From assembly GCA_047495785.1 (NCBI GenBank), contig JBLDXI010000055.1, forward strand, positions 434,001 through 498,000: a stretch of DNA of 64,000 nucleotides. The letters run 5' to 3'. The stretch's first letter is position 1, and each line of letters starts with the position of its first letter. The notes beneath the pieces were generated by a model. It searched no databases and was not told the DNA's origin. It was given only the letters and a program-made list of their open reading frames with translations. Below, piece by piece: positions 33,016-44,927 of the stretch. Source of the DNA: Lepidodermella squamata (lineage: Eukaryota; Animalia; Gastrotricha). The translations under genes were made by a program, and so were the position numbers.

Positions 33016-36000
33016 TCAAAAAGTGATGCCACTCGCCATAAATTTTTCGTATTCTGCACGCCGGTCCTCCGGCTGCCACAACGCGCCGCCAGGGCCGAGC
33101 TGGCCAGGGCTGCTGCGCACGTACTCCTCGTAGATTTTCACCGAGGCAGCTGGGACGCTGACGTTCAAAAAATCAATGTCGGGTCGGAATGAAGTGGTCA
33201 TCGGCTGGACCGTGAGTAGCGAGTAGGCCACGCCGGCGACAGGCCTGAATTCGGCCATGTAGCAGTATTTCGTGAATAGTTGCTGGTCTTGCTCGCGTTT
33301 CGACTTCATATCGTCGACATCAAAGCCGTAGAGCTCCATGGAAGATTTGAAAACAGTCTGAAATGTAAAATAATGAGATAAAGATGAGGAAAATAAGCAG
33401 GTCGGTTTCAAGTTCATTATAGCCCAAAATATTAAATTTTAGGTGATAAAAAAGGGCTTGGCGAATTTTCCGAAAGTTCCAGCTAATCGCAAAACGTTTG
33501 TTGACCAGTGTGTACATTCATTATTTCCTGAACCCATTTCTCTACAACACGAATACAAAACGATGCGATTTGCAAAAGAATTTGGAGCATTTCATCGCGA
33601 ATTTTGTAAAATTATCTTGTACAAGGTTACTTAGATTTGGCTCTCGTATTTCGTTATTTTCGTGATACATTCATCGGATCTACAAACGAATTCGCGATTT
33701 TCACCCCTTAGATGGCTAATTCTTTGTTATTTTTTTCACTTCCTTCAACGAAGAGAGAATGATTGCATGTACCAAGATCAGTTATGATACATCCGTTAAC
33801 TCTTCGACGATTGAAATCAATCACATTTTTCCATTCATAGGCGAAATGAGCGATCAATTTTTAGCGCAACTGCGGCTTTGTTGCAAAACAGCCAATTCAT
33901 TCAACCCCCGCCAGCTGTGTCGGCGCAACATTTCCCAACTCTTCAAAGTTCCAGTTCCAGCCGAAATTGTAGCTCGAATTCGAAAGGAAGCGTTGAAGGA
34001 GACCGGCCCAGCAATCAAGTTCCTATATGATTTTATTATCAAGTCAGCTTTGTCCGATGGCTTGCCTAACATTCTCCAGCTTTAACTAATGTACTCCCTC
34101 AAGAGCCATTGCGAGAGCGTGGTCGAGACTATCGGGAGCACATTCAATCGACGTTGTGTTCCCGGTCGCCCACTGTCTCTCGAGACTTTCTTACAGTGGA
34201 ATGGGCCTAATCCGTCTGCTCCGGATACTACAAACTTCGTAGAATTCTCGATTTTCACTTAAAAGCTCGGGAAAAGTGGCATTTTGTTCGAAAAACGAAT
34301 CAGCCAGAAAAGCTGATAACGGTCAAAAATCGAAACCTTTCTGTTCGCCATGAAATACCGGTTGCGAGCATCGGAAGTTTTCATCAACTTCGTTTTTGCA
34401 AGCTTTTTCTTCATTCGCGACTTGATGAGTTTTTTTCTTCTGACAGGTTCTTGTTCTGGATTGTTTATTACTTGTTGGAAATGATCAACAAATCGACGTG
34501 GGCTGTGACCAAGTGATATGGACATCACAGAGGACTTCGAAACAGGATTCCTTCCGGTTGTTCGCGACCTGTTCCGTCGAATCCTAGGATGTTTTTTCAT
34601 TATTGTAAATGCATCCTAGCTTACGTACGTGAACCGGGGTTAGGGTTAGCCTAACTCAAATCCTAACCCCGGTAAACTCGGCAACCGGCCATTCGTGCCC
34701 ACATCCGACGGTTTAAGGCTCTGGCGCTGCTTCCGGTCGAAGTCGTCGAAGACTGGTATCAAGTTCTTCTACGCGATTGCCCGCCTTGCCTCGTCGGTTT
34801 CAAAAAATAATGGCGCCAACAGTGGCTGGGCACAGTTGAAATAGATAATGGAATGTTGTCGCGTACCAACAACGCCGAGGGATTCAATTCAAAGCTGAAC
34901 AAACGAGCCAGAATAACCGCATCAAAATGTTTGGCGGCTGATCGATCTGCTGAAGGAGGAGGAAAGCAGGCCCAGGCCACGGTACTCCAAGTTAAGCTAG
35001 CGGTCGTGTCAACAAATCACTAATCGTAGTCACTAATAGTTGCGCATCTGGGGTTAAATCAGTAATGCCTAGATTTTTTTCCCGTGTACCTTCCCACGCT
35101 TAATAACGAACCAGGTTGCTTTTGCTATGCATAGTCTCTCTCGCTCTGTTGCCAACACCGAGGTGTGGCTGTTTGATGTCCACTCGCATATTTGCCTATT
35201 CTTCGAAGCTGCCGCGCGTGAACAAGACTGAACGGAGACGGAAATTGCTGAATTAGCTAGAGCTCGTAACGATCGTTAGGTACAACTCGATCAACGAATT
35301 TGTACTCCTGTTCCGAAATTTGAAAATGGTCGCGAAATTCCATTCGTTGAAGCGGTTCAAAATCTATTTCGCTGTTGAATCCCGTTGAACACTAGAAAAA
35401 CGACGATGAGCCTCCTTTTAACCCGCAAGTAATACTTCCCGCTGGGCAACCAGTTAAATAACTAGATCCTGGTCACTAGCTTGAAATTGCGGACCAACGG
35501 AAAATTTTGAATGATAATTGTGTATTATCATAATTCTGATTTCGAACATTTTTTCAAATCAAATTATGTAAATTTGTTTCCTCTTTTTTGTTGCTAGCGG
35601 AAATAGCATAGAGCACTATAGAAAATGTGAAGAAGTATTACCGAGAAGTCGTTCGATGGCCACGGCGAGTTGACATCTGCCAGCGCCCTGGTGTACGAAT
35701 TCGTCATCGAATCCGGCATCACAAAATCATTCTCGAGCGAATCCTCCGAATCCGCATCCGAATTCGCAGCAGCTGGCGAGCTGTCGAAACTGTCCACGCT
35801 TGAATGCTTCACTGGTAGGTTTTTCGAACTACTAATTAGCTCGGCATTCGAACCCGGAGCAACTGGCGGCTCGTTAGATTGCCACAACCGGCGGAACAAC
35901 GACCCAGCACCTGCTGTAGACGTATTAGCCGACGAAGCGCCAACCCGCCTTAACCGCGGGATGAACGGATCCAAGTCTTGATCAGGCAACAAGATGCCAC

Positions 36001-39000
36001 CTGCAGGCGATAGCTGCATAGTATTCGGAATTTTAAAATCATGCAAATCTTCGAAAAATGTCATTCGGTGCGGCTGAAAGTAAATCGTGAACGAGTCGAC
36101 AATCGAGCAAGTCGACGCGTGTGACGATGCGACAGACCCAGGTGATACAACGCTTCGTATCTGCGACTTGCTTTCATCCAATTCGTCCATAATCGGTTCG
36201 GGCAAAGGCAGGCATTTCAGCAGTTTCAAATCAAACCATTGGACTAATCGCCGCCGCCGTTCAGCGTCGGAAATGAAGCCGTCTATGATCGGGTTATGAA
36301 GGTCGTAGTCGCTGACCATGTCCCACAGGGCTTGGCCAGGCGCGGCTCCGGTGCCTCGGTGGTGTTCGAAAGGCCGGTACATGCCCAGCAGTAAATTTTT
36401 ACCATGTTGCCGATCCGCGTCGGAAAATGTGTTGTTCAGCAGCCGGGAGACTTGCTCGAGTTTGTCTCGCGACTGCGAAATCCAAGGAGCTGCTCGGCGG
36501 TAGGAAGCAAAGTGGTGAACCAGTAACGAGCCGCCATATTGAAGTGCGAGAATGTCGCCCATTTCTTCGAAAAGCAGCTCAAATAACCGGAAACAGTAGC
36601 TATCAAGCTCGATTATCGGCTGAGAAACAGCGCCAAGGGCGTGAAATTGATATCCAAGGGCCACTAGACCATTCTAAAGGTAAAATAAACTTTACCTTTT
36701 ATGGAATTTAAAAAATAATGTCTATACCGTTAGCTGAGCTGTATTGGTTCTATCAAGGCAATCAACACAGTTAGTCCGAACAGTGCCTTTTTGTCTTTGC
36801 CCAGTGAAGGCTGTGCAGATTCCACAGTTAGCGATAACTTTTTCACCGATTTCCAGCAATTTTCGGACTGTGACATGACCGGTAGCACTAAAATAAAAAC
36901 AAATGTTCGCATCAGAATGTAAAAAAAAAAACGAAAAATTCCTCCTTAAAAATGTGATTTACGGAGCAAAGCCCTAGCGCGCTTAGTCGTTTTCGCTAGG
37001 ATTTGCCTACGCTTTTTCAAAGTTCGCTAACGGCAACTTGAGCAAGGATTTCATCACAGTCCAATGCTGTAATTTTCAGTGCAAAGCGATTTATTTTTCT
37101 GTTTCTCAAGAAATGGTACCTAACAAATGCGGCAATTATTCATCTGATTCATCTGCTAGTCGGACTCGAAGTGACCTCGTCATAGTAATTAAGCTTGAGT
37201 ATGCGACTCGGCATATGCGATTTCTTCGACTGTTCGACTTCGAAGTAATTTCTTACTTTGATTTACTGTCCGTCCGTTTCTCCGTTCGACTACGATAGAT
37301 CGATTCGTTATCAATAAGTAATTTGTTTGTCTTTTCGCTGGCCGCGTTTTCATTCATTGCGATCTAGCAATGAACGCCTCCCGTGCGATACCGGCGCGGG
37401 TGAGGTCAAGCATCGCGAGCCCCGGTATGGCCCTTCAATCGCCCCTTAGCCGAACTCGAAGGTTGATAGTCGCTCCATCGCTTTCACGTTTCGAATGCCA
37501 AAGGCTCTCTTGTAAGCCAGGATAAGTCGACGCAGTCAAAGACAATACTTCCTCGATATAACGTCTATTATTTCATTTTACTTCAGCTCTCTGGAAAGCA
37601 AAAAACTATGCCTGGATTCTCAAGAAGAAAAGACGCAATGGGCAGAGGCAGGCAAATAATTTCGTCAGCTGGGCACAGACCAGCATGGCGGAAAACAGGA
37701 CCGCGATGCTATCAAGAACTATCTCGATGGCATCAGAAATAACACGCAGGAGCAGACAGCTTTAAAGCCAGTGGCAAAACGAGTTTTACTCCATGGTTTT
37801 CGCGGCGCCGACAAAACTACAACAGGACCAAAGGCTCAAAAACCAGCAAGTCTATCAAGCGAACGCTATCAGACGATTCCAATGATTCGGCTGACATCGC
37901 GCCTTCAAAAAAATCGACCAAAAGCCGCAGAGCGACATCAAGTATCAGCGATGGAGGAAAAATCGAGGAAGCGCAAAAAGGCATTGTCGAGTGGTGGCTC
38001 CGCTGGCAGTCCGCATCCGTCAGCAACCTCGTCGCCGGCTGTTTCGCAGAATTCAGACGATTAACTAGCGAGTCTGATTACAAAGATCTTTTTGATTCCT
38101 TCTTCTACTTTTTCTTCTTACTCAAGGCTTCTGAATGCTGATGCTACCACAAAAAGCCTTTTACAATAATCAATGTGATTCTTTTTTCGCAGTAATGAAT
38201 ATGAATTCGTCAGCCCCAAACGCTGAGCTAGTCGCCGGAGCATCACCTGCCGAGCCCGCCCAGCAAGTCTGGACTTACCATCAGAATTTCGTGGTCTTGT
38301 AAAGTAGCTGAAAAATTCGAAATGCGTCGAGAACCCAATCACTTGGGAATGGACTATCTTGACCGATACTTAGCTTCAACAGAAGAATTCGTAACGGCAG
38401 AAAATTTACAGCTGATCGAAATTTCGTGTCTGTTCATTGCAGCCAAATTCGAAGTTTGTAATAATACAAACCGGATGATCAGATATTTGCTGAAAAATCT
38501 GCGATAACCTGTCTATTGTCTTGTGTTCGTTCTACTAGCGATGTCGTTTTCAATCTGCTCGCATCATCAGAAGCACGGTCTTTGACAACGAGCTGGAATG
38601 CGACATTTCTCATTTACTCTGCGATACTCTTGCGTTATGTTTTTTCTCGGTGTGGCATTATACGATACGTTGTGATTTTGATACTCCCAACTGCCTCGTG
38701 TCTTTCTGTCTTTCTTATAGATTAATCAGTTAGGGGCAACTGCTCTCAAATTAACACTAAAAATATGTTAGGAGGTTACGAATCTATTTACGGTTGAATC
38801 TAAAATCTTACTCTTTCCGATAAATATGAGCCAAATCGATGTGAACGTATTGAATTCGATAGGAGGGTTCCACATATTGGTTCAAGTAAACGATGGCTTC
38901 CTGCAAAACTTCATGCAGCAGCGCCTCTTTCTGGGCCTCACTCGGTGAGATGAACTGCTGGTTGTGATTGTTAACCGCGCCAGATTTGTTGCTAGAAGAC

Positions 39001-40358
39001 GCATTGCTTTGATTACTCGCCGCAATATTGGACGAACTTCCAGCGTTATTACCCGTTGAAAGCGGGTTTCGTTTAGATTTTTGACTAGTTTTAACCAAAT
39101 CGAAGACAATAATTGGAGCACCGTAACGGGATAGAAGCTGCGAAAAATGACGGCCTGCTAATTGCATGCCAAGGTCGTAGCCGAATACTGAAATAGGCGG
39201 AGGCCCGACAACGCTGACCGAAGACGGATCTTGCGTCCAAAGGGCTGGAACTGAGCCTCGAATTTGCACGAAGGAAGATATTAGACCGAAACCATCGGTA
39301 AGCCGTCTCTCAGATTTAACCGTTCCGGTTGAGTTATTCAGGTCTTGTCTGGTGTCCATAAGAGCCAGGGTAGGATTTTCGAATACGATTTGCTCAGTTT
39401 CAACTTCGTTAGCAACATAGCCTTCAGTGCTGATACCACGCTTCAAATACCTGAAAGCTCAAAATTGAGAGAAAATCTGAATTATCAGAGCGATTTTTAC
39501 AAACCTTGTTCCAGCATAATATCGAGATCTGCGAGCGATCAATGTTATGTAGATATGCCGGCCGAACATATTAACATTTCCCTGGCCAACATAACCATGA
39601 ACGATAGGAACAATCCAATGCTGACAGGCCGCGTCATTTAGTCGAACGGCCATCGAATTGAATAAATAGCTATTCCACGTATATTTCGGGTCATAACTCC
39701 GTTCGAAGGGCGTCGCTGCAGGGCCATCAAGCCACGATTGTAGGGTGCGGGTCATATCATATGTGTAGCTCAGATAGAAATTATTCGTTAGGTCAACGTT
39801 TAGGAATGTTTTCAAATATCGACTTTCGTTAGCATCATTAACGCCAATTTGCGGATTCGGAATATAAATCGTTTCCACTCGGTCAATCCTGCAATAAAAT
39901 TGTGAACACTTAATCCCAGGATAAGTAATTAATTACTTGTAAATTGAGTGATGTCCAATGGTCGCGACTTGAGATCTCTCAGATACAATCAAAACATAAT
40001 AGCCATATAGGAACCGCACGAAACCGATCACTCCATACGCTTTGAAGACCCTTTGCACTGCTAGAGCTTGTTTAGGGTTGTTAGCAACCGGGTCTTGTTC
40101 AAGAGGCTTTTTCGATGCGAATCGACTACCGCCCATTTTGAGTAGGGCACTCGAATTGCTGGCTGCAAATGGAATGGCAGAGTAGAGCTCCATTTCATCT
40201 GCGTAACGTTCAACGCCCATGACCAAATTTTCAACCCTTGCTGTTCGATCGATGGTCATCAAATCGAAAGACCCAACATCGTTACGAGCGACTAGATAAA
40301 TCGCCTCGTTTGTTACATAGCATATAAAATTATTGAAGCGTAAAAGGTCACTCCTCAT
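33016..40358 (-). CDS. FIG4: Polyphosphoinositide phosphatase FIG4 (SAC3)
   Basis: SAC-domain motifs GVIGFVRFLYGYY, FYLSYTYDMTRTLQ, LIARRSRYYAGTRYLKRG, VANEVETEQI, SFVQIRGSVP, catalytic RTNCVDCLDRTNTAQ (about 36735-36785) and GDILALQYGGS. The last exon 33357-33016 (MELYG...) resembles the FIG4 C-terminus. Large introns lie at about 38810-36888 and 35641-33358. Confidence 0.93.
33846..34250 (+). mobile_element. Degenerate DNA transposase C-terminal fragment, hAT-like
   Basis: LPNILQL*LMYSLKSHCESVVETIGS...LQWNGP resembles the hAT dimerisation-domain pattern (P...L...S...E...S...NGP). It has an internal stop and lies in a FIG4 intron. Confidence 0.45.
34633..34673. repeat. Perfect 12-bp inverted repeat containing TTAGGG-like units
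   Basis: accggggttagg (34633-34644) and cctaaccccggt (34662-34673). Confidence 0.8.
34715..34965 (+). mobile_element. Degenerate Mutator-like (MULE) transposase fragment
   Basis: KALALLPVEVV...FKK*WRQQWLG...RTNNAEGFNSKLNKR, then after a frameshift HQNVWRLIDLLKEEE. This matches the animal MULE pattern ALxxLP...RTNNxxExxNxxLN...HPNIWxxIxxLKxEE. Confidence 0.75.
38304..38453 (+). pseudogene. Isolated cyclin-box fragment (cyclin E-like) inside a FIG4 intron, opposite strand
   Basis: VAEKFEMRREPNHLGMDYLDRYLASTEEFVTAENLQLIEISCLFIAAKFE, followed by a GT donor. It matches cyclin-box helices (RET..L..D..DRY...LQLIG...LFIAAK.EE), with the conserved Gly replaced by Glu. No further cyclin exons were seen. 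Confidence 0.75.
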
Positions 40359-40444
40359 TTCATGTAAAAAATCACAATAAATTAAATAAAATTCTATATA
40401 AAAAAAATAAGAAATAAAATTTCGAACAATTTCAAGAAACTAAT

Positions 40445-41992
40445 TCACAACGGTTTATATCTCGGCAATAAATTTGAGCCAGGATCTGAATAATATTGGC
40501 GGTACAGCCAATCAGAGACCCCAAGGAGCAATCGATCGTGACCACGAGGTGCGATTAATTGAACTGATCGAGGCCATTTCTCGTTCGTTTTCACAGGAAT
40601 CGAAATCGCCGGGACACCGGCTAAATTAGCCGGTTGAGTGAACACGTCCATTTCTTCGACCCGAGTGCGGTTATCGGCTTCAGTAAACCATTTGTAGGTT
40701 GCAGCTTCCGGGGTGCATGGCAGTAAAGGTGTCAACAAAATATCGACCTGACTGAACGCTTTCTCGAAATCTTCATTGACTAGTCGCCGAGTGATCATAG
40801 CCTTTTTGACGTAAGTTTCGTAATTTTGCCGCAGGAGAAAATAATTCCCGGCTAGAATACGACTTCGGACAACAGGTCCGAATGCCTGAGCTCGACCACA
40901 TGCCATTAATTCGTCGGCTGAGAACTTTTTTGACGCTTCTTGCTCCAAAGGCCGGAAACCGTAACGAAGGCCGTCGTACCTAGCCATGTTCGACGCAACT
41001 TCAGCCGCGCATAGCACTGAATACGCCGATATAGCAAATTCAGTGTGAGGTAGTGATACTGGAACGATTTCGACTCCGTGTCTTCGCCCGAAAATGTCAA
41101 CAGCTGACTGCCAAGCGTCTAAAACATTCCTGCTAGTCAACTCAGTGACATACTCCTTCGGAATTCCTATGCGAAGTTTTGAATTCTCAAAATAACTCCG
41201 GTCCTTTTCAACATTAAACAATATTTTAGATTTATCGTATTCAATCAAGGTGGAATCGTCGATTTCAACTTTCCCAGTTTCCTCTGGAGTTAAGAGGGCT
41301 TTTGACAGTACGGCACAATCTTCCGGGGTCGGGGCTAGCAGCGACACGCAATCCATTGAATTTACCAGTGGGATCAAGCCATGGCGTGAAAATAGGCCAT
41401 AACTCGGTTTGTACCCAACAATTCCCATCATAGCTCCTGGGCTTCTTGATGACCCACCTGTATCCGAACCCAACGCGCCAAGGACTACCCCAGACGCCAC
41501 TGCAGCGCCCGATCCACCTGAGGAGCCGCCAGTTACCAACCAGTCCTTGCTAGTTTTCGACTTGGCACTATCGTCACTAGACAACGGGCTCTTCACAGGC
41601 CCGTAGAAACTGTCAACTGAACCGGTACCCATCGCAAATTCATCCATGTTAGTTTTTCCAATCACCACAGCTCCGGCATTTTCAAGCCTCTTCACAGCAG
41701 TCGCAGTATAAGGCGGAATGTAGTTATCCAGCATTTTACTTGCGCACGTGGTTCTGACACCTGTAGTCGAAAAATTATCCTTCACCGCTATAGGAACGCC
41801 CTCCAGAGGCCGAATGTCGCCGCTTTTCAGCCGCTTGCTCGACTCATCGGCTTGTTTCAGGGCTAACTCATTTGTGACTGTTATAAAAGCGTTCAAGTGG
41901 TTAGTTTCCCCTTGTTTTGCCAAACATTGGCGGCAGAAATCGACCGGGTCTCGCTGATGTGCCCGGTATGACTCCAACAACCGGCGAATCAT
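40445..41992 (-). CDS. QRSL1: Mitochondrial glutamyl-tRNA(Gln) amidotransferase subunit A (GatA), single exon
   Basis: Amidase signature PIAVKDNF, GKTNMDEFAMG, GGSSGGSGAAV, GSDTGGS, KPSYG; SNMARYDGLRYG; RILAGNYFLL; DVFTQPANLAGVPAIS. The ATG at 41992 aligns with the usual QRSL1 start. Confidence 0.95.
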   Translation of the reverse strand: MIRRLLESYRAHQRDPVDFCRQCLAKQGETNHLNAFITVTNELALKQADESSKRLKSGDIRPLEGVPIAVKDNFSTTGVRTTCASKMLDNYIPPYTATAVKRLENAGAVVIGKTNMDEFAMGTGSVDSFYGPVKSPLSSDDSAKSKTSKDWLVTGGSSGGSGAAVASGVVLGALGSDTGGSSRSPGAMMGIVGYKPSYGLFSRHGLIPLVNSMDCVSLLAPTPEDCAVLSKALLTPEETGKVEIDDSTLIEYDKSKILFNVEKDRSYFENSKLRIGIPKEYVTELTSRNVLDAWQSAVDIFGRRHGVEIVPVSLPHTEFAISAYSVLCAAEVASNMARYDGLRYGFRPLEQEASKKFSADELMACGRAQAFGPVVRSRILAGNYFLLRQNYETYVKKAMITRRLVNEDFEKAFSQVDILLTPLLPCTPEAATYKWFTEADNRTRVEEMDVFTQPANLAGVPAISIPVKTNEKWPRSVQLIAPRGHDRLLLGVSDWLYRQYYSDPGSNLLPRYKPL

Positions 41993-42558
41993 AAAACAAA
42001 CAAAACGACACCTATCAACATCGTACGAAACATGATTCAAAAATTTACTTGAACTGTAATAATATATATATTCAAGGTAATTGATAGTATTTAAATCGGT
42101 AATAAAAAACCAATTTTGCATATCATCATCATATTGAAGGTCGACGAGGGAAAACAACGGAAATTAACACCCAGTTTGCAACAACATTTGAAATAATTAT
42201 AATAATAGTATTATGGTGTAGAAGGTTTCGTGCATTTCATAGATTTAAGGGCGTGTCATCTTGCACTTTCAATAGAACTTTCCTGCACAAAAATTATTCA
42301 TTCATCAGACAAGTGCGGCTAGGATAAATTTTCAATATAATGTAAAAATATCAAATTAATTATTTTCGTAGATGAGGAGCTCAAAGTTCTTCGTATAATA
42401 TTATTATTGTCGGTAGCAAATAACCGGTTCTCTCATTTTTAGAGTTCAATCCCTAGCCTCATGTGAACATAAAAATCCCAAACGCAGCACAACGTGTCAA
42501 GTACTAATTTTTCGCATTTTTTTCTGAAAATTCAGCATTTTTACAAAACAAAAACAGT

Positions 42559-44718
42559 TTATACATTCATCCACTTCCGAACCGGCGCGATCGTGCTTGA
42601 GACTTTTTCCTGAGTTGCACCGTAAACACTTTGAGACTTGTTCTTTAACTGCAATTTTGAAGAATTCGCTTTGGCGATTATTGACGAAAATGAGGAAGAA
42701 AACATGGGCGTCGAGGCGATAACTCTCGTTCTAGCGTAGTCTGCCAATCGGCGGGCTGGCGGTCGCGGTTTGTTCAGCGCTTTCGCTGCAGTCGCGAATT
42801 TCACTTCGTTCAGCTCGGCGTAGCGCTGCGCGTCTGCCTGCAGCCGCGCCAGCGATTCCGGTCGACACTCATCCAAATTTACAAATTCCGACAAAAACGG
42901 GTTCAACCGGAAATACTTGTCTTTCGGTAACGTTCCGGCCAAAATTGCATGCGTAACTAAAAAAGAGGGAATAAAACAAAACAGATATAATCTGAGTTTT
43001 GAGTGAATGCATTATCTCCAAGATGATAACAAAAGGCTCATAATCATCGCCATAAGAATTGCGAAAAAATTTCCGCAATTTCTTTGTTCTACAATTCCCA
43101 TGTCTACTTTATAATGAAAATTTATATGTCATAATTAAAACGTATAATGGACATCAATAACTCATCAAACTGTAAACAAAACATTTGCTTCATGAGTCTT
43201 TTTAATTTTTCTTGAAAATTTTGAATGTAACCGAGAAAAAAGAATCCAAAATAATGAAAAAATATACTTACCTTCAGTATCTGTGGCTGCTTGAATAAAA
43301 CCGACGATTTTCTGCCGAACAGTAGGGGATTTCGCAAGTTCAGTCAAACTTTTCTTGCTGATATCGCCCAGTTCTTTGCTGGGAGACGACTTGCCTGTGC
43401 CAGAGTTTCCGATGGTAGACGGGATCATAGGCAACCAGGCTTCAGCTATTCTACCAGTTCCAACCGAAACAACGCAACTAGTCTCCTCACTCGGCCACAA
43501 TAGCGAACTTTCATGCAGGGCGAAAGCGGTTGGGTTATTTGCTAAAATGCCGCCATCCATATGAACAACGCCGTCGAGTTTGAACTCGTCGAAATACAGC
43601 GGCGCGGCTGATGATGCGCGGCATCCCTGCCATAGTTTGTACTTTGCAGAACCAGATAGGAGCGGGTAAACGGAAGACTCGGCACTTTTGACACAAGGCG
43701 CGTTGTAATTGCGGAACAAAAACGGCCGCAGAAACGATTCACTAGCTATTGAAGAAATTACCGCAACTTTTGGCACAGTGGGATCGCCGGCGTAGTCGGC
43801 GAAGGTCGCCCCTTCCATCCGAGTTTTCAAGATGGATTCCCATAGCTTCGAGTCGTAAAACTCGTGGTTGAGCAGCAGCTGACTGGTCCCAGTTACAGTG
43901 GGTCGCGAAAACATCTGGGTACCCATTTCTAAATACAAATCCTCGCATTGCTGGAGAGGTGTTTTCAATAGAAACAACAACAATGCGACAATGCCACCAG
44001 TACTGACGCCCATCACGTAGTCAAAAGCCTGGTATAACGGCCTGCCGACCGATTTCTCGAGTTGTTTTAGCATTTCGATCAAAGCCAGACCTTTCATACC
44101 GCCGCCGTCTAGGGTCAAAATCGACACCCCAGGGCCTTTAACCGGAGGCGCGTAACCCATCAAAGCCAGGCATCGCCGGACCGGAACGACGTGTTTCTGC
44201 CTTGACGGGCTGTTCTCACACCGGACAACTTCTTTGAGCAAATTAGGTATTATATTCAGCTTTGAATAGAATTCAACAGCATCCGGTTGTTCCGTCAAAT
44301 GCGTGGCGATGTCACTGCAAGCGGTTGCTGAGGCCAGACTCGATTTTGATTGTTTCAGCAAATTCGACAAATGTAAAGCTCGTTGCGCTATCGCATCCTT
44401 GTGAATTTGCATCAATTTATGCCGCGTTACCTCCGCTTGTTTCTGAATCTGAGCTGACAGTATTTTTGTCACCGGTTTCGCTGCAATAGTCTGAGGGACT
44501 GGCATTGTAATCTCCGCACTGCCTGCCTCGACCAAACTCGAAAAACCGGTATTATCGTCGAGCAGGTTCGCCAATTCTTCGCTTTTGTCTCTCTTCTCCG
44601 ACGGCTTTTTAGGGCTGCTCGTGAAACTAGCGAGGACTTTTGAGGTCGAAGCCGTCGCAGCCTTGGCAGCACTCTGCCCCAACCGCATCACGCCATCTAA
44701 TAATCCAGGTGACGACAT
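42559..44718 (-). CDS. PNPLA8: Calcium-independent phospholipase A2-gamma (patatin domain), 2 exons
   Basis: LALMGYAPPVKGPGVSILTLDGGGMKG, GVSTG nucleophile motif, ASSAAP.YF and DGG. Intron 43271-42957 joins ATDTE|VTHAILAGTLPKDKYFRLNP. Confidence 0.93.
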
Positions 44719-44927
44719 ATCAATTCACTTTAAATTTCATTATCTAGATGAAAGCACAACAATAGATTAAAATTATTTCATAAAATTCCGTGAAAATATT
44801 GAGTAAACAACTTTGGAATTGCATGAGGCAAGTATTGCGTTTTAAAAAATAAGCATGGAAAAATACCCCCAGCCAAATGTGCAAAAATTTGAAAGCCTGT
44901 GCGCAGCAGCGTATAAAAATGAGCATT

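Noticed and set aside
41993-42157. N-terminal extension of the 570-aa QRSL1 ORF
   Set aside because: Non-ATG start and AT-rich, intron/UTR-like sequence. Homology begins at ATG 41992.
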